Shown here in pieces: positions 47,913 through 58,551 of a DNA stretch of 64,000 nucleotides; the stretch's first letter is position 1, and every line of letters starts with the position of its first letter. The DNA is from a virus (taxonomy: Duplodnaviria; Caudoviricetes): positions 1 to 64,000 of the IMG/VR virus record IMGVR_UViG_3300028048_001801; one strand, 5' to 3'. The notes beneath the pieces are model-generated. The model saw nothing but the letters and a program-made list of their open reading frames with translations. It searched no databases and was not told the DNA's origin. A program made the translations under genes and the position numbers.

Positions 47913-49163
47913 TTATTCTAAAACAATTCTATATAAGCACTCCATAACATTATTGTCAGATACTATTATTAAGTTCTGTGCTGATTTGCTACTAAGTCTT
48001 AAATTCTTAGAATAATCGTCTGTAGAAAGAATACTTGGATTAGAAATTACTAAAATTTGATTTTTTTCATCCGCAGAGAAATGATGGAGATGAGCCGTAA
48101 GTATCATATCAAAGTTTTCTCTTGTCATCATTGATAAACTATCAACAACTTTTATTGGAGAATCTTTGTCGCCATGACAACCAGCAATATTAAATCCTTT
48201 ACATTTAAAGGTTATAATATCTTCTCCATATTTATTATCGTTTATCTCTATAAAGCCACCAACCCTTTCTTTTAAATACCAAGGAATTATTCTGGCCAAA
48301 CTTTCTAAATCAAGAGCGGCCTTTTTATTGGGTTCTAATCTAGAATGATTATCCAAACAACAATAATAATGTATGTTGAAATATTTAGACAGATCTGTGA
48401 TCATTTCGGCAATAATTTCAGAAATTTGCATTATCTGAGTAATTACGTCAAACCTGCTTTGATATCTTATCGTCTCATGAATTCTACCTGCTATAGCATC
48501 ACCAAGTTCGGTTATATACAGGTCTGAAACATCATTGAGTTTACAATATTTTATAACCTTGTCTCTTAATTGCGCTATTTTTTCTTTCGCAATATCGGGA
48601 TTATATTTATTCCAATAATTATCAACTACAAGACCATAGTGAATATCGCTTAATTGTAGTATCGCTGCGTTATCTCCAGACACGGATAACTCTCTAATTG
48701 GAGTTAATATTTTTTTAGAATTCATTTCGCGAGCATATTCTAAAGCTATTTCTTTAATAGTTTCCTCTCTCGCTAATGCGCGAATATATGCGTTAGCCTG
48801 AATTCTTTCATCCGAAATTTTTACGCGCTCTTTTTGCAATTCAATTTTCTGCTGTATATATTCAGAAACATTTGCGGTATTTTCCTCATCAATCTCTGCA
48901 TCAGTATACGTTAAATATTCGCCCTCTCGTTTATTGCGGGGGCGTTTTTGTATCGCGGTGTTGCTAACGCCCAAACAATACGCCTTCCACATTTTTCTGT
49001 AGCGGCTTTCAGTATAATTCTGACCAAGTTCAGTGTTTATTATGGCCGCAATATCATCCCAGGATAAATCATATTCATCATGCAAAGAACAGATTCGGAT
49101 TTCATACTCGTCATCTGTTTCGGTTTTTTTCAATCTAATTTCGTTTTTTAATTCTTCTGTCAT
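47913..49163 (-). CDS. Calcineurin-like metallophosphoesterase
   Basis: SDIHYG, LGDAIAG, DNHSR, HGD and AHLHH. Start is ATG 49163 after AAGGAG; the track start TTG lies in the promoter -35 box. Confidence 0.85.
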   Translation of the reverse strand: MTEELKNEIRLKKTETDDEYEIRICSLHDEYDLSWDDIAAIINTELGQNYTESRYRKMWKAYCLGVSNTAIQKRPRNKREGEYLTYTDAEIDEENTANVSEYIQQKIELQKERVKISDERIQANAYIRALAREETIKEIALEYAREMNSKKILTPIRELSVSGDNAAILQLSDIHYGLVVDNYWNKYNPDIAKEKIAQLRDKVIKYCKLNDVSDLYITELGDAIAGRIHETIRYQSRFDVITQIMQISEIIAEMITDLSKYFNIHYYCCLDNHSRLEPNKKAALDLESLARIIPWYLKERVGGFIEINDNKYGEDIITFKCKGFNIAGCHGDKDSPIKVVDSLSMMTRENFDMILTAHLHHFSADEKNQILVISNPSILSTDDYSKNLRLSSKSAQNLIIVSDNNVMECLYRIVLE

Positions 49164-49200
49164 TTCGACGCTACTCCTTTTATATCCTGCGCTCAGTATT

Positions 49201-49229
49201 ATTATACTGCCTTGTAATCTTTTTGTCAA
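49201..49229 (-). promoter_or_regulatory. SigA-type promoter
   Basis: TTGACA-N17-TATAAT, perfect consensus. Confidence 0.8.
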
Positions 49230-49329
49230 GCGTTTCCGCTATATTTTCAAAATTTTATTAGAAAATGAAAAATCTAATTTATTTCCTTTCTCTATTAATA
49301 AAATTTACAATGGTGGTGGAATTCATCTT

Positions 49330-50133
49330 TTATTTAACATGTCGATCTTTTTTTCTATTATTTTTATAACAAGCATCACAAACGGTTCTTTGCGTTCTAT
49401 TGTTGATTTCAAATTCTCTACCACAAATATCACACCTATATCGATTGTGAATAATGTCAAGATTTTTTATCAAATCTATTTGTCTGTCGAATTGATAAGC
49501 GATATCTCCACCCTGTTTTACTGGCAAGGAAAATCTAAATTTTATATCAGAATCTTCTTCTTCTTCAAAATATTTACTACTCGTTTTTGTTATAACAGTT
49601 ATTTCTTCCCATAAACCAAGCGTTTTTAGTTTATCATATATTGTCATTGTTATAGCATCGCGATTTTTGGTGTGCAACGACAAGTATCCCATGTAATCTT
49701 TCGTTGGGGCATAATCGTAAATATAATTTTTAGTTGTTTTGCAATGACCAAGAAAAAGAAGTATAAATTCTCTAAACCACTTTGGAGCGGGGAGAGAGTT
49801 TATATAATCCAATTCGTTTTGATATATTATAATTTTAGAAAGAGTTTTATCCAACGAAACGTTTTTCCCGCGATTATATACCATGTCAAAATGTTTATTG
49901 ATATAATAATTATAATCGCCAATATCTTCTTTATTATAACGAGTATTGTATATTGGCTCCCACTGTTTTTTAATTAATTCCTTAAATTCCTTGGGGGACA
50001 AACCTTCTTTTTCATATTTGAGTTTCAAATATTTGACAAGCCACCAGTCTTCTTTGTTCTGATATCTTTGTGTTTGATATTGCCCTGTAGCGAGCATCCT
50101 CTCACAGTTATCCTTTTTATCTATTGGTATCAA
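49330..50133 (-). CDS. Hypothetical protein with C-terminal Zn ribbon
   Basis: CDICG...CDAC; shares a motif with the upstream neighbour. Confidence 0.6.
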   Translation of the reverse strand: MIPIDKKDNCERMLATGQYQTQRYQNKEDWWLVKYLKLKYEKEGLSPKEFKELIKKQWEPIYNTRYNKEDIGDYNYYINKHFDMVYNRGKNVSLDKTLSKIIIYQNELDYINSLPAPKWFREFILLFLGHCKTTKNYIYDYAPTKDYMGYLSLHTKNRDAITMTIYDKLKTLGLWEEITVITKTSSKYFEEEEDSDIKFRFSLPVKQGGDIAYQFDRQIDLIKNLDIIHNRYRCDICGREFEINNRTQRTVCDACYKNNRKKDRHVK

Positions 50134-50692
50134 ACTTAATTACCTCTTCGAACATTTCTCTCGCTTTGCCATCAGCAAACTCGAACACAACTTTGCCTTC
50201 GCCCATATCTGGTAGTTTAAAGCAAAGAACTGGTTTTGTGCTACCACGCACAAGGGTTTCAAATCCATATTCTGTACATTGTGAATAAATTTCGATTTTA
50301 GCCTTTCTGGCTTCCTTATTATTAAGGGCGTAAAAAATTGTATTCTCAAAGTCAAGTGAAATCCATCCCGAGACATGTGGCTTTACTTTTGCCCTAACTA
50401 ATAGCGAATAAAAAAGTCTTTTTATTAACTCGTTTGGCAATGACTGAAGAAAAGCAATTTCGGTATCTGTTATAGAAACATGATGGTTACCCTTGTCAAC
50501 GTCTCGATTAAGATATTGTTTATAAATCTGGTTAAGTAGTCTAATTTTATATTCACCCTGTGGCATCGTCGGGAAAAAGTTGTTATAATTTTCTTTTATA
50601 AAATTTCTTACGACGTCAGGATCGTCTATAATATTTTTAATTTGATCTAAGAACTCTTGCTCTTGTTTTTCAAATTTCAAATCTTTTCTCAT
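50117..50692 (-). CDS. Hypothetical protein, apparent paralogue of 49330-50133
   Basis: ITDTEIAFLQSLP...LFYSLLVRAK versus IYQNELDYINSLP...FILLFLGHCK. Confidence 0.55.
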   Translation of the reverse strand: MRKDLKFEKQEQEFLDQIKNIIDDPDVVRNFIKENYNNFFPTMPQGEYKIRLLNQIYKQYLNRDVDKGNHHVSITDTEIAFLQSLPNELIKRLFYSLLVRAKVKPHVSGWISLDFENTIFYALNNKEARKAKIEIYSQCTEYGFETLVRGSTKPVLCFKLPDMGEGKVVFEFADGKAREMFEEVIKFDTNR

Positions 50693-51192
50693 TCTTTAAT
50701 CTCTTGGACCCAGCTTGGCTTCTTGAAATTTTGTTTATCAATATTCGCCACATTTGTTTCAAATTCGACCCAACAAATTTCAGGCTGATCTTCTGGAATA
50801 TCAACGGTTATAATATATTTATCATAAAAGCTAGAATTGATCTTATCAACCACATAATACCGCTCTTTAACCTGGAGTTTTTCATCTTTATAAAGATTGT
50901 CAAGTAAATCATAATCATGTTTTTCGATATCAGTTGTTATCTCATAATCAACACCCTTCTTTACATGATGTTTGACAGTATGTTCATAAAGCGGTTTGTC
51001 TTTTTGTTTGTTTGCTGGCATTATGTATGTAGTTTCCCTAATCCTACCTGTGTACTTATCACCGTTCATAATCCAGCGCTGTTTGATTTTTAGTATTTTA
51101 TATATTTTAATCTGTCCACCCTGCAGAGCATTTTTGAAAGCGGCTACTTTCATAGTAAACCGCTTTTCGCTCTCAGGAGTAACATCAAACAT
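50689..51192 (-). CDS. CYTH-like triphosphatase domain protein
   Basis: ExExRF (ESEKRF), KERY, VEFE and FKKPSWV. Likely start is ATG 51192, overlapping the RNAP stop. Confidence 0.6.
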   Translation of the reverse strand: MFDVTPESEKRFTMKVAAFKNALQGGQIKIYKILKIKQRWIMNGDKYTGRIRETTYIMPANKQKDKPLYEHTVKHHVKKGVDYEITTDIEKHDYDLLDNLYKDEKLQVKERYYVVDKINSSFYDKYIITVDIPEDQPEICWVEFETNVANIDKQNFKKPSWVQEIKE

Positions 51193-54112
51193 TAAACGTG
51201 TCGTCGTATTCATCTAAAGAATCGTCCTCCCCAAATAAGTCTTTTAAATCTTCAAAATTAAGATCCAAATCTAAATCAAACGCCGAATCCAAATCTTCGC
51301 TTGTATCAAAATGAATTTCGCCCGTCTCAGCGTCTATTGTGTATTTTTTAATATTTTTAGGAATGCTTTTTAATATATACTTTCTCCCAAGATACTCTTC
51401 TCCATCTTCGCGTTGAACAGGGGCGAGAGCATCGTTATCATCAATACAATCTAAAATATCCGCATCAATTAATTCCCAGGCGAAACCCCAGTTGAATTTT
51501 GCATATGACTGAGATAAAGCTTTAATATAGGTTAATCCTTCCATTGGAGAAAGATTAAGGGCTTTATATTCATTTTGAAGTTCCATTCTAACAGCGTCTA
51601 AAATACCAAATCTACATTCTTTATAATCAAAATCGTCCTCATTGTTAAAAACATTGTCTATGTAAGATAGTGATTTTTTATTGTTCCACTTTTGATACAT
51701 AGTCCTAAATTGCTTTAAGATCTTCGGATCAAATTGATATTCATCCAAGTTGTAATAAGGTAATTTGGATTCTTCTGTTTTCCCCCACTGTATATCAAAA
51801 TCAATTGATTCAATGTCTCTACATAGTAAATTCATTGTGCAATTCGTATTGATTACAGGTGAAAATTTATGATACCTTCTTAAAAGCGTTTTCTCTGCAT
51901 CTGTTTTGTTCTCTTTTGCGAATAACTTTTTTAATTTAATTCCGTGCGCCGCTTTTGCTTTTTCGTTATATTGATTTTCATACTGTTTATATTTTTTGTT
52001 TAACTCTGGGTAGAGATATCTGAAGAAGTATGGTTTCTTAGAAATTACAAGAGAGTTATGATAATATTTCTCTGCCTTTGTCGCGTCGTCATCGTCTTCG
52101 TCTATTGTAACGAATTTTGTAAAGTACCACGGCTCCTTTGGTTTTGCCAACCCTTTAGCGGAGTCAATTTCAGCGCCAACAACTTCTCTTAATAATTTCT
52201 TCCTTCTTTCTAATTCATCTCTTTGTCTCTGTTTATCCTCGCCTACATATAAAGCTTTAAGCGCTTCTATTATTGTAGCGTGGTTGCTATATACACCAAC
52301 CTTACTACCGAAGCCGTTTATATACCCCTCTACAAGATTTCTATGATTGATCTTATGAGAGGGGGCAGCGGGTTTGTCATACATGATTATGTTGGTTGTT
52401 TCCTTGTGAGCTCCGTTTACAAACAACGGGTTATCTAAGCTAGCTACGATATCGCCATCAAAATCACTATCAGAGTGCCTACACACAGCCGTATCGTATA
52501 TGCTATAGATAATTCCTGATTTAAGATGTTTATACCAATAATCAGTATTCTCATCCCGATAGAGTGTGCACGGATTTAATTCGTGCTCATCTATACAGGG
52601 ATTTCTTCCTAACATAATCTTGCCAGAGACGCCCAAATTATTCCAGAATGTAGAATAAACATGATCTGCTGGGATCGCACCTTTAACGGGCAACCCAAGA
52701 GCGCTCTGGCATTGCGCAATCGGGTCGGAAACCATAAACTGATAATTACCTCGAGCCCAGATCTTACCAATCTTAGCTCTGTTTATTGCTTCCACGATAT
52801 TTCTATATATCTTCCTTTGGACATATGTGTCTTCAAGGAATTTTAGATCTTTTACAACTGCCTTCATTGCGAGATTTTGTGCTCTCGTGTAGACATCACT
52901 GTAAACAATCTCATCATCTTCGTTAAATCCGCCAAAACAATACAAGAGAGAATATAATAAATCTCCGCTGCAAATCTTTTGTATCCAGTCAATTGTAGGC
53001 TGTAACAACTCTTTTATTCCATCTTGATCAATGTCGAGCAGTTGAATGAATTGATAGTTGATTTGCGACCATATCGGATCTTCTTTTTTATTATATCTTG
53101 CAACGCCCCATTTAATACCACCAGCTTCAGTATATGATAAATATTCTTGCCAACTCTTATAATATTTGTGCATCTTAAACTGTGATTCGCTAACCAGACA
53201 GTCTATTTCGTCAATATTATAAGTTACACCATATTTGTCTGTGATCGTATTAATGCCATGAGCGTGTGCATATTCTCTAAAATCAAAAACAGGGAAATCG
53301 CCTTTAATATAAGCGCTCCTCACAACAAACTCACTGGGTGTATAATCTAAACCCATATTCTGAGCCCATCTTTCAGCCATTTCGGGACAAATAAGCCCTT
53401 GACCATCGGCGCTATTTAAAGGTACATCTAAGATTCTCTCTTCAATATACCCTTCTCCGCTTTCTTTTTTGCAAATCCAGTCAACTTTTTGCTGCGGTAT
53501 AATTGTTTCGAAATCTTTAATTACACAACAACGAGGTGTGTCAACCCACATTATCGAAGAAGATGTTAATGCGAAATAAGCAGAGAATTTTGCAATATTT
53601 ATTTCTTTTACCTTTTCATCGATGCCACAACATAAAAGTTTAAACATCGGTTGATATAAATCTTCTTTGATGAACGTTACCGTATTTCTTCTGAGTTGGC
53701 CAGCACCAGCTGTGAACGTAACGTATCTGTTACCGTTTAAGTAGAAACCAGCTTTTGCAACTTTTCTGAATTCGGTTTTGGTTGTTGCTTCGACGTTTAC
53801 TATATCAGAAACGAAAAGTGTTTTAAGAAGAAATTGGTTTATGACCTTCGCCTTCTTCACATCTCCGTCTGCTTTCGCGCGTTTCATTGCGCCACGCATG
53901 TTTTCAACGTCACTAAAAATTTCTTTGTAGGATCTTTTATCGCCGCGATAATTTCTTATACGATCTAATAAAATATTGTCTCCTACACTAACCAAACAAC
54001 CGTCGATACCAGCTTGTTTTAGAGAATATTTCTCAATATTTAGATTGTTTTGACAAATAAATGAAGTGGTGAGCTTGTAAATTGTATAAAGGACTTGCTC
54101 ACGTGCTGCCAT
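51185..54112 (-). CDS. YonO-like single-subunit (double-psi beta-barrel) RNA polymerase
   Basis: SADGQGLI, VRSAYIKG, GRNPCID, SDSDFDGD, VGVYSN and EIDSAKG. Confidence 0.9.
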   Translation of the reverse strand: MAAREQVLYTIYKLTTSFICQNNLNIEKYSLKQAGIDGCLVSVGDNILLDRIRNYRGDKRSYKEIFSDVENMRGAMKRAKADGDVKKAKVINQFLLKTLFVSDIVNVEATTKTEFRKVAKAGFYLNGNRYVTFTAGAGQLRRNTVTFIKEDLYQPMFKLLCCGIDEKVKEINIAKFSAYFALTSSSIMWVDTPRCCVIKDFETIIPQQKVDWICKKESGEGYIEERILDVPLNSADGQGLICPEMAERWAQNMGLDYTPSEFVVRSAYIKGDFPVFDFREYAHAHGINTITDKYGVTYNIDEIDCLVSESQFKMHKYYKSWQEYLSYTEAGGIKWGVARYNKKEDPIWSQINYQFIQLLDIDQDGIKELLQPTIDWIQKICSGDLLYSLLYCFGGFNEDDEIVYSDVYTRAQNLAMKAVVKDLKFLEDTYVQRKIYRNIVEAINRAKIGKIWARGNYQFMVSDPIAQCQSALGLPVKGAIPADHVYSTFWNNLGVSGKIMLGRNPCIDEHELNPCTLYRDENTDYWYKHLKSGIIYSIYDTAVCRHSDSDFDGDIVASLDNPLFVNGAHKETTNIIMYDKPAAPSHKINHRNLVEGYINGFGSKVGVYSNHATIIEALKALYVGEDKQRQRDELERRKKLLREVVGAEIDSAKGLAKPKEPWYFTKFVTIDEDDDDATKAEKYYHNSLVISKKPYFFRYLYPELNKKYKQYENQYNEKAKAAHGIKLKKLFAKENKTDAEKTLLRRYHKFSPVINTNCTMNLLCRDIESIDFDIQWGKTEESKLPYYNLDEYQFDPKILKQFRTMYQKWNNKKSLSYIDNVFNNEDDFDYKECRFGILDAVRMELQNEYKALNLSPMEGLTYIKALSQSYAKFNWGFAWELIDADILDCIDDNDALAPVQREDGEEYLGRKYILKSIPKNIKKYTIDAETGEIHFDTSEDLDSAFDLDLDLNFEDLKDLFGEDDSLDEYDDTFNV

Positions 54113-54236
54113 TTATTACTCCCTTCTAAATATTTACTTATTTATTTTATCTTGTTTATCTTTGTATTTAAAAGTATAATCCATTGTGTGTTTTCTTTTT
54201 ACTTTTAATACAGCAGCAATATTTCCAGTGCTACTT

Positions 54237-54536
54237 TTAATTGCTTTTTTTATAATCTGGAGTGCTTTCTACATCCACTTCCGTATCAAGTTCTGTGATA
54301 CAAGCACCATATCCGATTAAATCTAAACTTGAATCAACCTTTCCTGATGTTTTAAGTCTTGCTATTTTTAAAAGCGCCATCATAATGCCAGCATCTCTTG
54401 CTTTTAAATCAATCCCTAAGTAAGCAGACCATAATTTCGCAATAAGCTCAAAAGAACCTTTTGGTGAACCATAATCTCTATCCCTATCACCACATATAAA
54501 AGTCTTTGCTTTATCTAATGCCTCGTCTCTCTTCAT
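54237..54536 (-). CDS. DUF6378-like small phage protein
   Basis: GDRDRDYGSP..SF..IAKLWSAYL...MMALLKIAR...DS..DLIGY. Confidence 0.7.
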   Translation of the reverse strand: MKRDEALDKAKTFICGDRDRDYGSPKGSFELIAKLWSAYLGIDLKARDAGIMMALLKIARLKTSGKVDSSLDLIGYGACITELDTEVDVESTPDYKKSN

Positions 54537-54547
54537 ACTTAATTCCC

Positions 54548-55189
54548 TCACGATTTCTTAAATATACAATGTTCATTATAAGCAAAATCAATGATTTGAA
54601 TCGCTTCATCCCAATTTGTCACAACATACAGATTCTGAATTCCAGCATAATCTTCAGGAAGATTCCAGTAGTGGTCACCATACATTTTTATAAGGATTTT
54701 AATAGGTGCATTGGTACTTTCCAAACAATCGATCCTGTCATCTACTTGAATACCATGACGCATATTAACAGAAGCTTTGCTGAATTTTTTTTGTTTATCT
54801 TCATTTTCTTGATAAGTAATTGGTAATCCGATATACTCGAATGTTTTTCCAAGGTGTTTCTGAAGATATTCTTTTTTCTTGTTAATATTTTCGGTTGCTC
54901 CCTTTGTTACAAACACAAAGTTTACTTTTTCTAAACTTTTTTTGTAGAAGTCAAGAAATGAGGGTGCGAATTTAACAGCATCAAAGAACTCGTCTGAAGA
55001 ATACATGTTTTCAACATCTTTGATCGTAACGTGACCGTAAATAGATCTGTATCCCCAATCATTCAAGTCGTCAATTGTTTTTTGTGGGTTTATGCTGTGT
55101 TTTTTGTTTAAGATTTCAATTATTGCTTTAGACGATTCGAGAACCGTGTCATCGACGTCTAAATAAAGTGTTATTTTAGTATTTTCCAT
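54548..55189 (-). CDS. HAD-family 5'(3')-deoxyribonucleotidase-like protein
   Basis: YLDVDDTV, FVTKG, IQVDDR and VTNWDE. Confidence 0.75.
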   Translation of the reverse strand: MENTKITLYLDVDDTVLESSKAIIEILNKKHSINPQKTIDDLNDWGYRSIYGHVTIKDVENMYSSDEFFDAVKFAPSFLDFYKKSLEKVNFVFVTKGATENINKKKEYLQKHLGKTFEYIGLPITYQENEDKQKKFSKASVNMRHGIQVDDRIDCLESTNAPIKILIKMYGDHYWNLPEDYAGIQNLYVVTNWDEAIQIIDFAYNEHCIFKKS

Positions 55190-55257
55190 GTTCGCCCAGT
55201 AATTAATTGCTGATTTTTAATTCATACAATCTCCTTATCTTTTTTAATTACACCAAG

Positions 55258-55286
55258 ATTATATCACAAGATATAGCGTGTGTCAA
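55258..55286 (-). promoter_or_regulatory. SigA-type promoter for the leftward (RNAP) operon
   Basis: TTGACA-N17-TATAAT with extended TG. Confidence 0.8.
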
Positions 55287-56002
55287 GTAAAACAACCATA
55301 TTTTTTAAAAAAAGTTTAAATATTTTATATATTTATATATAAAAGGGAAATTTTGCATAAAATCAACTGTCATATAGCAATCGGCTGCCAACACGATCAC
55401 AAAGAATGTAATTTACATTTGGCCAACCTTAAAACAGGGTCAATATTGGGTCTCCATTGGGTCCGCGCGGTTAAAAATGGGGCGCCTTGTTGCATTTTTA
55501 TTATTTAGGTGGATTTTTATTTATACTGCTGGCTTATTTTATAAAATAGGTCTTTTATTATGTTTTGGCTCTTTAAGATTGGATAAGAGTATACAAACCC
55601 CGCCCTGTTTTTGTTTTTTAAAAAAATAATTTCCTCTTTTTAATTTTTGCTGTTCTTGTTTTAGTTCAACGAGCGAAGCGAAGTTGCTACAATAGGGTTA
55701 TAAAAACAATTTTGATGTCTTTAAAAAGCCCTCAGCTTATCTTTCAATTATGAACAAGATAAAACGTAATAATGGCCCCGCAGCGGAGCGGGGTAGGGGG
55801 ATACACACTCATACTCAAAGAGGGAGGGGGATAAACCCCCTTTCTTTTCTTTATATATTTCTTTTCTTTAGGGAATTGGGGGAGAGTGAATTGAGTTGCT
55901 GTGTGTCGGAGGCCCTTGGGCCGTAGCCAACGCGGGGAAAACTAGTAATTATTAAAAAGAAAAATAATATTAAAAGTAGAAAGTAATTGTTAAGAGTAAT
56001 AA

Positions 56003-56100
56003 ACGCGTGTGTGCGGGCGCGGGCGCGCGCGTATGTATGTGTGCGCGTATGTATATGCGTACGTATGCGTGTGTGTATGCGTATAGGTGTATAGGCGCGT
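56003..56100. repeat. Alternating purine-pyrimidine tract
   Basis: 63 nt of perfect RY alternation at 56023-56085, within a GC/GT-rich tract. Confidence 0.85.
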
Positions 56101-56142
56101 TTAAAAATATTTTATTTTTTTATAAAAATATGGAAGTTTTCC

Positions 56143-56171
56143 TTGACAAGAATGGAAAAGTGTGATATAGT
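56143..56171 (+). promoter_or_regulatory. SigA-type promoter for the rightward operon
   Basis: TTGACA-N17-TATAGT with extended TG. Confidence 0.75.
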
Positions 56172-56205
56172 ATGTGTGTATAAAAAATAAAATGGAGCAA
56201 AGTAG

Positions 56206-56706
56206 ATGGAAAAGCATCTGGAATATTTTACCTTTGTTGAGAACAACGGCGAGATTAAAAGTTATAATATCTTCAATAACTTAAAGTTCAGACGTGGATT
56301 GTTAGAAATATACGAAGACTATAAGAAAGAGTATATGAAGTATTTGAAGAGCGCCGAAGTCGTAAAAGGTGAAGGTTTAATAAACGAAGAGTTGATCACG
56401 ACTTTCAAAGAGGCTTATAAGAAAAATATTTTCAAGCAGAAACTGGTAAATGAATTGAGATATTGTTTCTGGGGTAAATGTGAATATGAAACCATAATCG
56501 CAGACTGGCCTACAATGGTTGCGAAAAAAGAGGTTGTAAGATTGTCTGAAGAGTTGTCTAACAACAAAATCATTTATCGCACAACCGTTGATCTCGATAT
56601 TAAAAGAAAGGTTAGCGTATATGACTATATAGCTTTGAATCTCGATATCTTCGTTGATTATGTATGGAACAACATCGATTTAGTAAAGGAGTTTGATAAT
56701 GATTAA
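56206..56706 (+). CDS. Hypothetical protein
   Basis: ORF with GGAG RBS just after the promoter. Confidence 0.6.
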   Translation: MEKHLEYFTFVENNGEIKSYNIFNNLKFRRGLLEIYEDYKKEYMKYLKSAEVVKGEGLINEELITTFKEAYKKNIFKQKLVNELRYCFWGKCEYETIIADWPTMVAKKEVVRLSEELSNNKIIYRTTVDLDIKRKVSVYDYIALNLDIFVDYVWNNIDLVKEFDND

Positions 56707-57316
56707 AAAAACAATTGAGAATAAGAAAGACGTTGAGAGGTTGAAGAAAGAAGCTGAGAATCTACATAAAGAGACAAATGCTTCAGTAGATTTTGTTGTG
56801 GGAACAAGTGACACGGCCACTACGACCTCAGGTGGTGCTTCTACGGCAACAACCATCACACAATATGGTTGGGTGTGTCCAAAATGCGGTAGGGTTAATG
56901 CTCCGTGGAAAGGTACTTGTGACTGTTCCAAGGGTGTAGCGGCGCCTAATATTCAGCCAAACAAACCATTCCCGCTAGCGCCATATTATGAGCCTTATAT
57001 TCCGCATATACCTTATTATGAGCCGCCGATAAAAACACCTAATCCGTATGACCCTTATGATCCGTATAAATGGGGTGATGCTCCAGGCTGGTGGAATAAA
57101 GGACCGACGTGTGAGGGTGAGAAAAAGTTTGTGTGGGGAATTGAATACCCCGATGGTCATATAGAAAAGTGCCCTTCAAATTATTTTGCGGGATTAGGTG
57201 ATCCCATCCCTTGTACTCTAACGCCAGGTGATCCAAATTTTGGAAGGTCAACTACTATAAGCACAAAAATAGATACACAAGCTGGTGGAGATTCAAATAT
57301 CAAAGCATATAATTAA
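56699..57316 (+). CDS. Hypothetical Pro/Tyr-rich protein with Zn-finger
   Basis: GWVCPKCGRVNAPW...C.C; AAGGAG before ATG 56699. Confidence 0.6.
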   Translation: MIKKTIENKKDVERLKKEAENLHKETNASVDFVVGTSDTATTTSGGASTATTITQYGWVCPKCGRVNAPWKGTCDCSKGVAAPNIQPNKPFPLAPYYEPYIPHIPYYEPPIKTPNPYDPYDPYKWGDAPGWWNKGPTCEGEKKFVWGIEYPDGHIEKCPSNYFAGLGDPIPCTLTPGDPNFGRSTTISTKIDTQAGGDSNIKAYN

Positions 57317-57339
57317 AACAAAATCAAAAAGAGGTAATA

Positions 57340-57987
57340 ATGAAATACAGCGAAATTATAAAAAACGTGAACATATACGGGCTTGAAGAATCGATCCGCG
57401 GAGCAAAATTTCCATTTGCGACCGATGTGGATAAATTAAATTGCGAACTCACGCCTGGAATTAGATCTTTGGCATCGAGCGAACGCGGAGCAGGACACGA
57501 TAATTGGTTGAACGGTGTTGTTGTGCAGTTTGATTTAACATTTACAATCAAAGCTTGGACTGAAATGGAACGATATCATTTTATGGATTTTGTTTCTAGT
57601 CAATCAACAATGCACAGGATTACAAAGTTTGATTTAGGCAGGTCATATATAAAATATGTGGATCCTAGAATTATTTCGATAATTAAAGAAGAGGTTGAAG
57701 AATATAATGCCGTTGAAGATGCTCTTAAGAACCACGCGACTGGATTTGCTCAATCAGAAATAGACGAGATGACTAAAGAAAATAAAGAGCGTTACTTAAG
57801 AATTCTTTATTCAAACCCATGTGGTATGAAATTAGCAGCTCGTATGACGACAAATTATCGTCAACTCAAAACTATTTATGCGCAGCGCCGCAATCATAGA
57901 CTTCCCGAATGGCAAATGTTTTGCGATTGGATTGAGACGCTTCCGCATAGTGATTTTATAATAGGTAAGAGCGAATCTAATGCGTAG
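57340..57987 (+). CDS. ThyX-like flavin-dependent thymidylate synthase family protein
   Basis: GHDNWL, EMERYHF..VSSQSTMH and TTNYRQL...QRRNHRLPEW; a divergent phage ThyX type. Confidence 0.65.
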   Translation: MKYSEIIKNVNIYGLEESIRGAKFPFATDVDKLNCELTPGIRSLASSERGAGHDNWLNGVVVQFDLTFTIKAWTEMERYHFMDFVSSQSTMHRITKFDLGRSYIKYVDPRIISIIKEEVEEYNAVEDALKNHATGFAQSEIDEMTKENKERYLRILYSNPCGMKLAARMTTNYRQLKTIYAQRRNHRLPEWQMFCDWIETLPHSDFIIGKSESNA

Positions 57988-58537
57988 ACAGGTTTTGTAT
58001 TTTGATGGGGAATATCACCCTTGTTATTTTTTCTGGAAAGAAGACCAGCAAGACGGATATTTGTCCAACTGGTATAAAAGTGATTTTTTTATAACAAACT
58101 TAGACACGCGCAAACAAATTTGGTTTGATTGTTCCGAGCAGTACTTTATGTGGCAGAAAGCGAGATTATTTCACGATGACGAGATAGCTGATTTAATTTT
58201 AAAGGCTGCAGGCCCAGCTCAATATAAATCCCTGGGGCAGCGAGTTAAGAATTTTGATCAGGCGCTGTGGGACGAAAATAAGTATCTGATCATGTATGAT
58301 GCGAATTATTATAAATTCACTCAGAATGCCGATATCAAAGAAGAGCTTTTACAAACAGGGGATGCAATACTTGCCGAAGCAAGCCCTTATGATAAAATAT
58401 GGGGAATAGGATTGTCAACACAAGGATTGACATCCGTACAAGACTCTAGCAATTGGATAGGAGAAAACCTTCTTGGAAAGGTTTTAATGCATTTAAGAAC
58501 AACCTTAAAAGAAGAAGGGTTAAATCAAGGGGTATAA
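57980..58537 (+). CDS. NADAR (YbiA-like) family protein
   Basis: LSNWY, SEQYFMWQKA, KFTQN, LAEASPYDKIWGIG and GENLLGKVLM. Confidence 0.92.
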   Translation: MRRQVLYFDGEYHPCYFFWKEDQQDGYLSNWYKSDFFITNLDTRKQIWFDCSEQYFMWQKARLFHDDEIADLILKAAGPAQYKSLGQRVKNFDQALWDENKYLIMYDANYYKFTQNADIKEELLQTGDAILAEASPYDKIWGIGLSTQGLTSVQDSSNWIGENLLGKVLMHLRTTLKEEGLNQGV

Positions 58538-58551
58538 TATAGGGGTATAAT

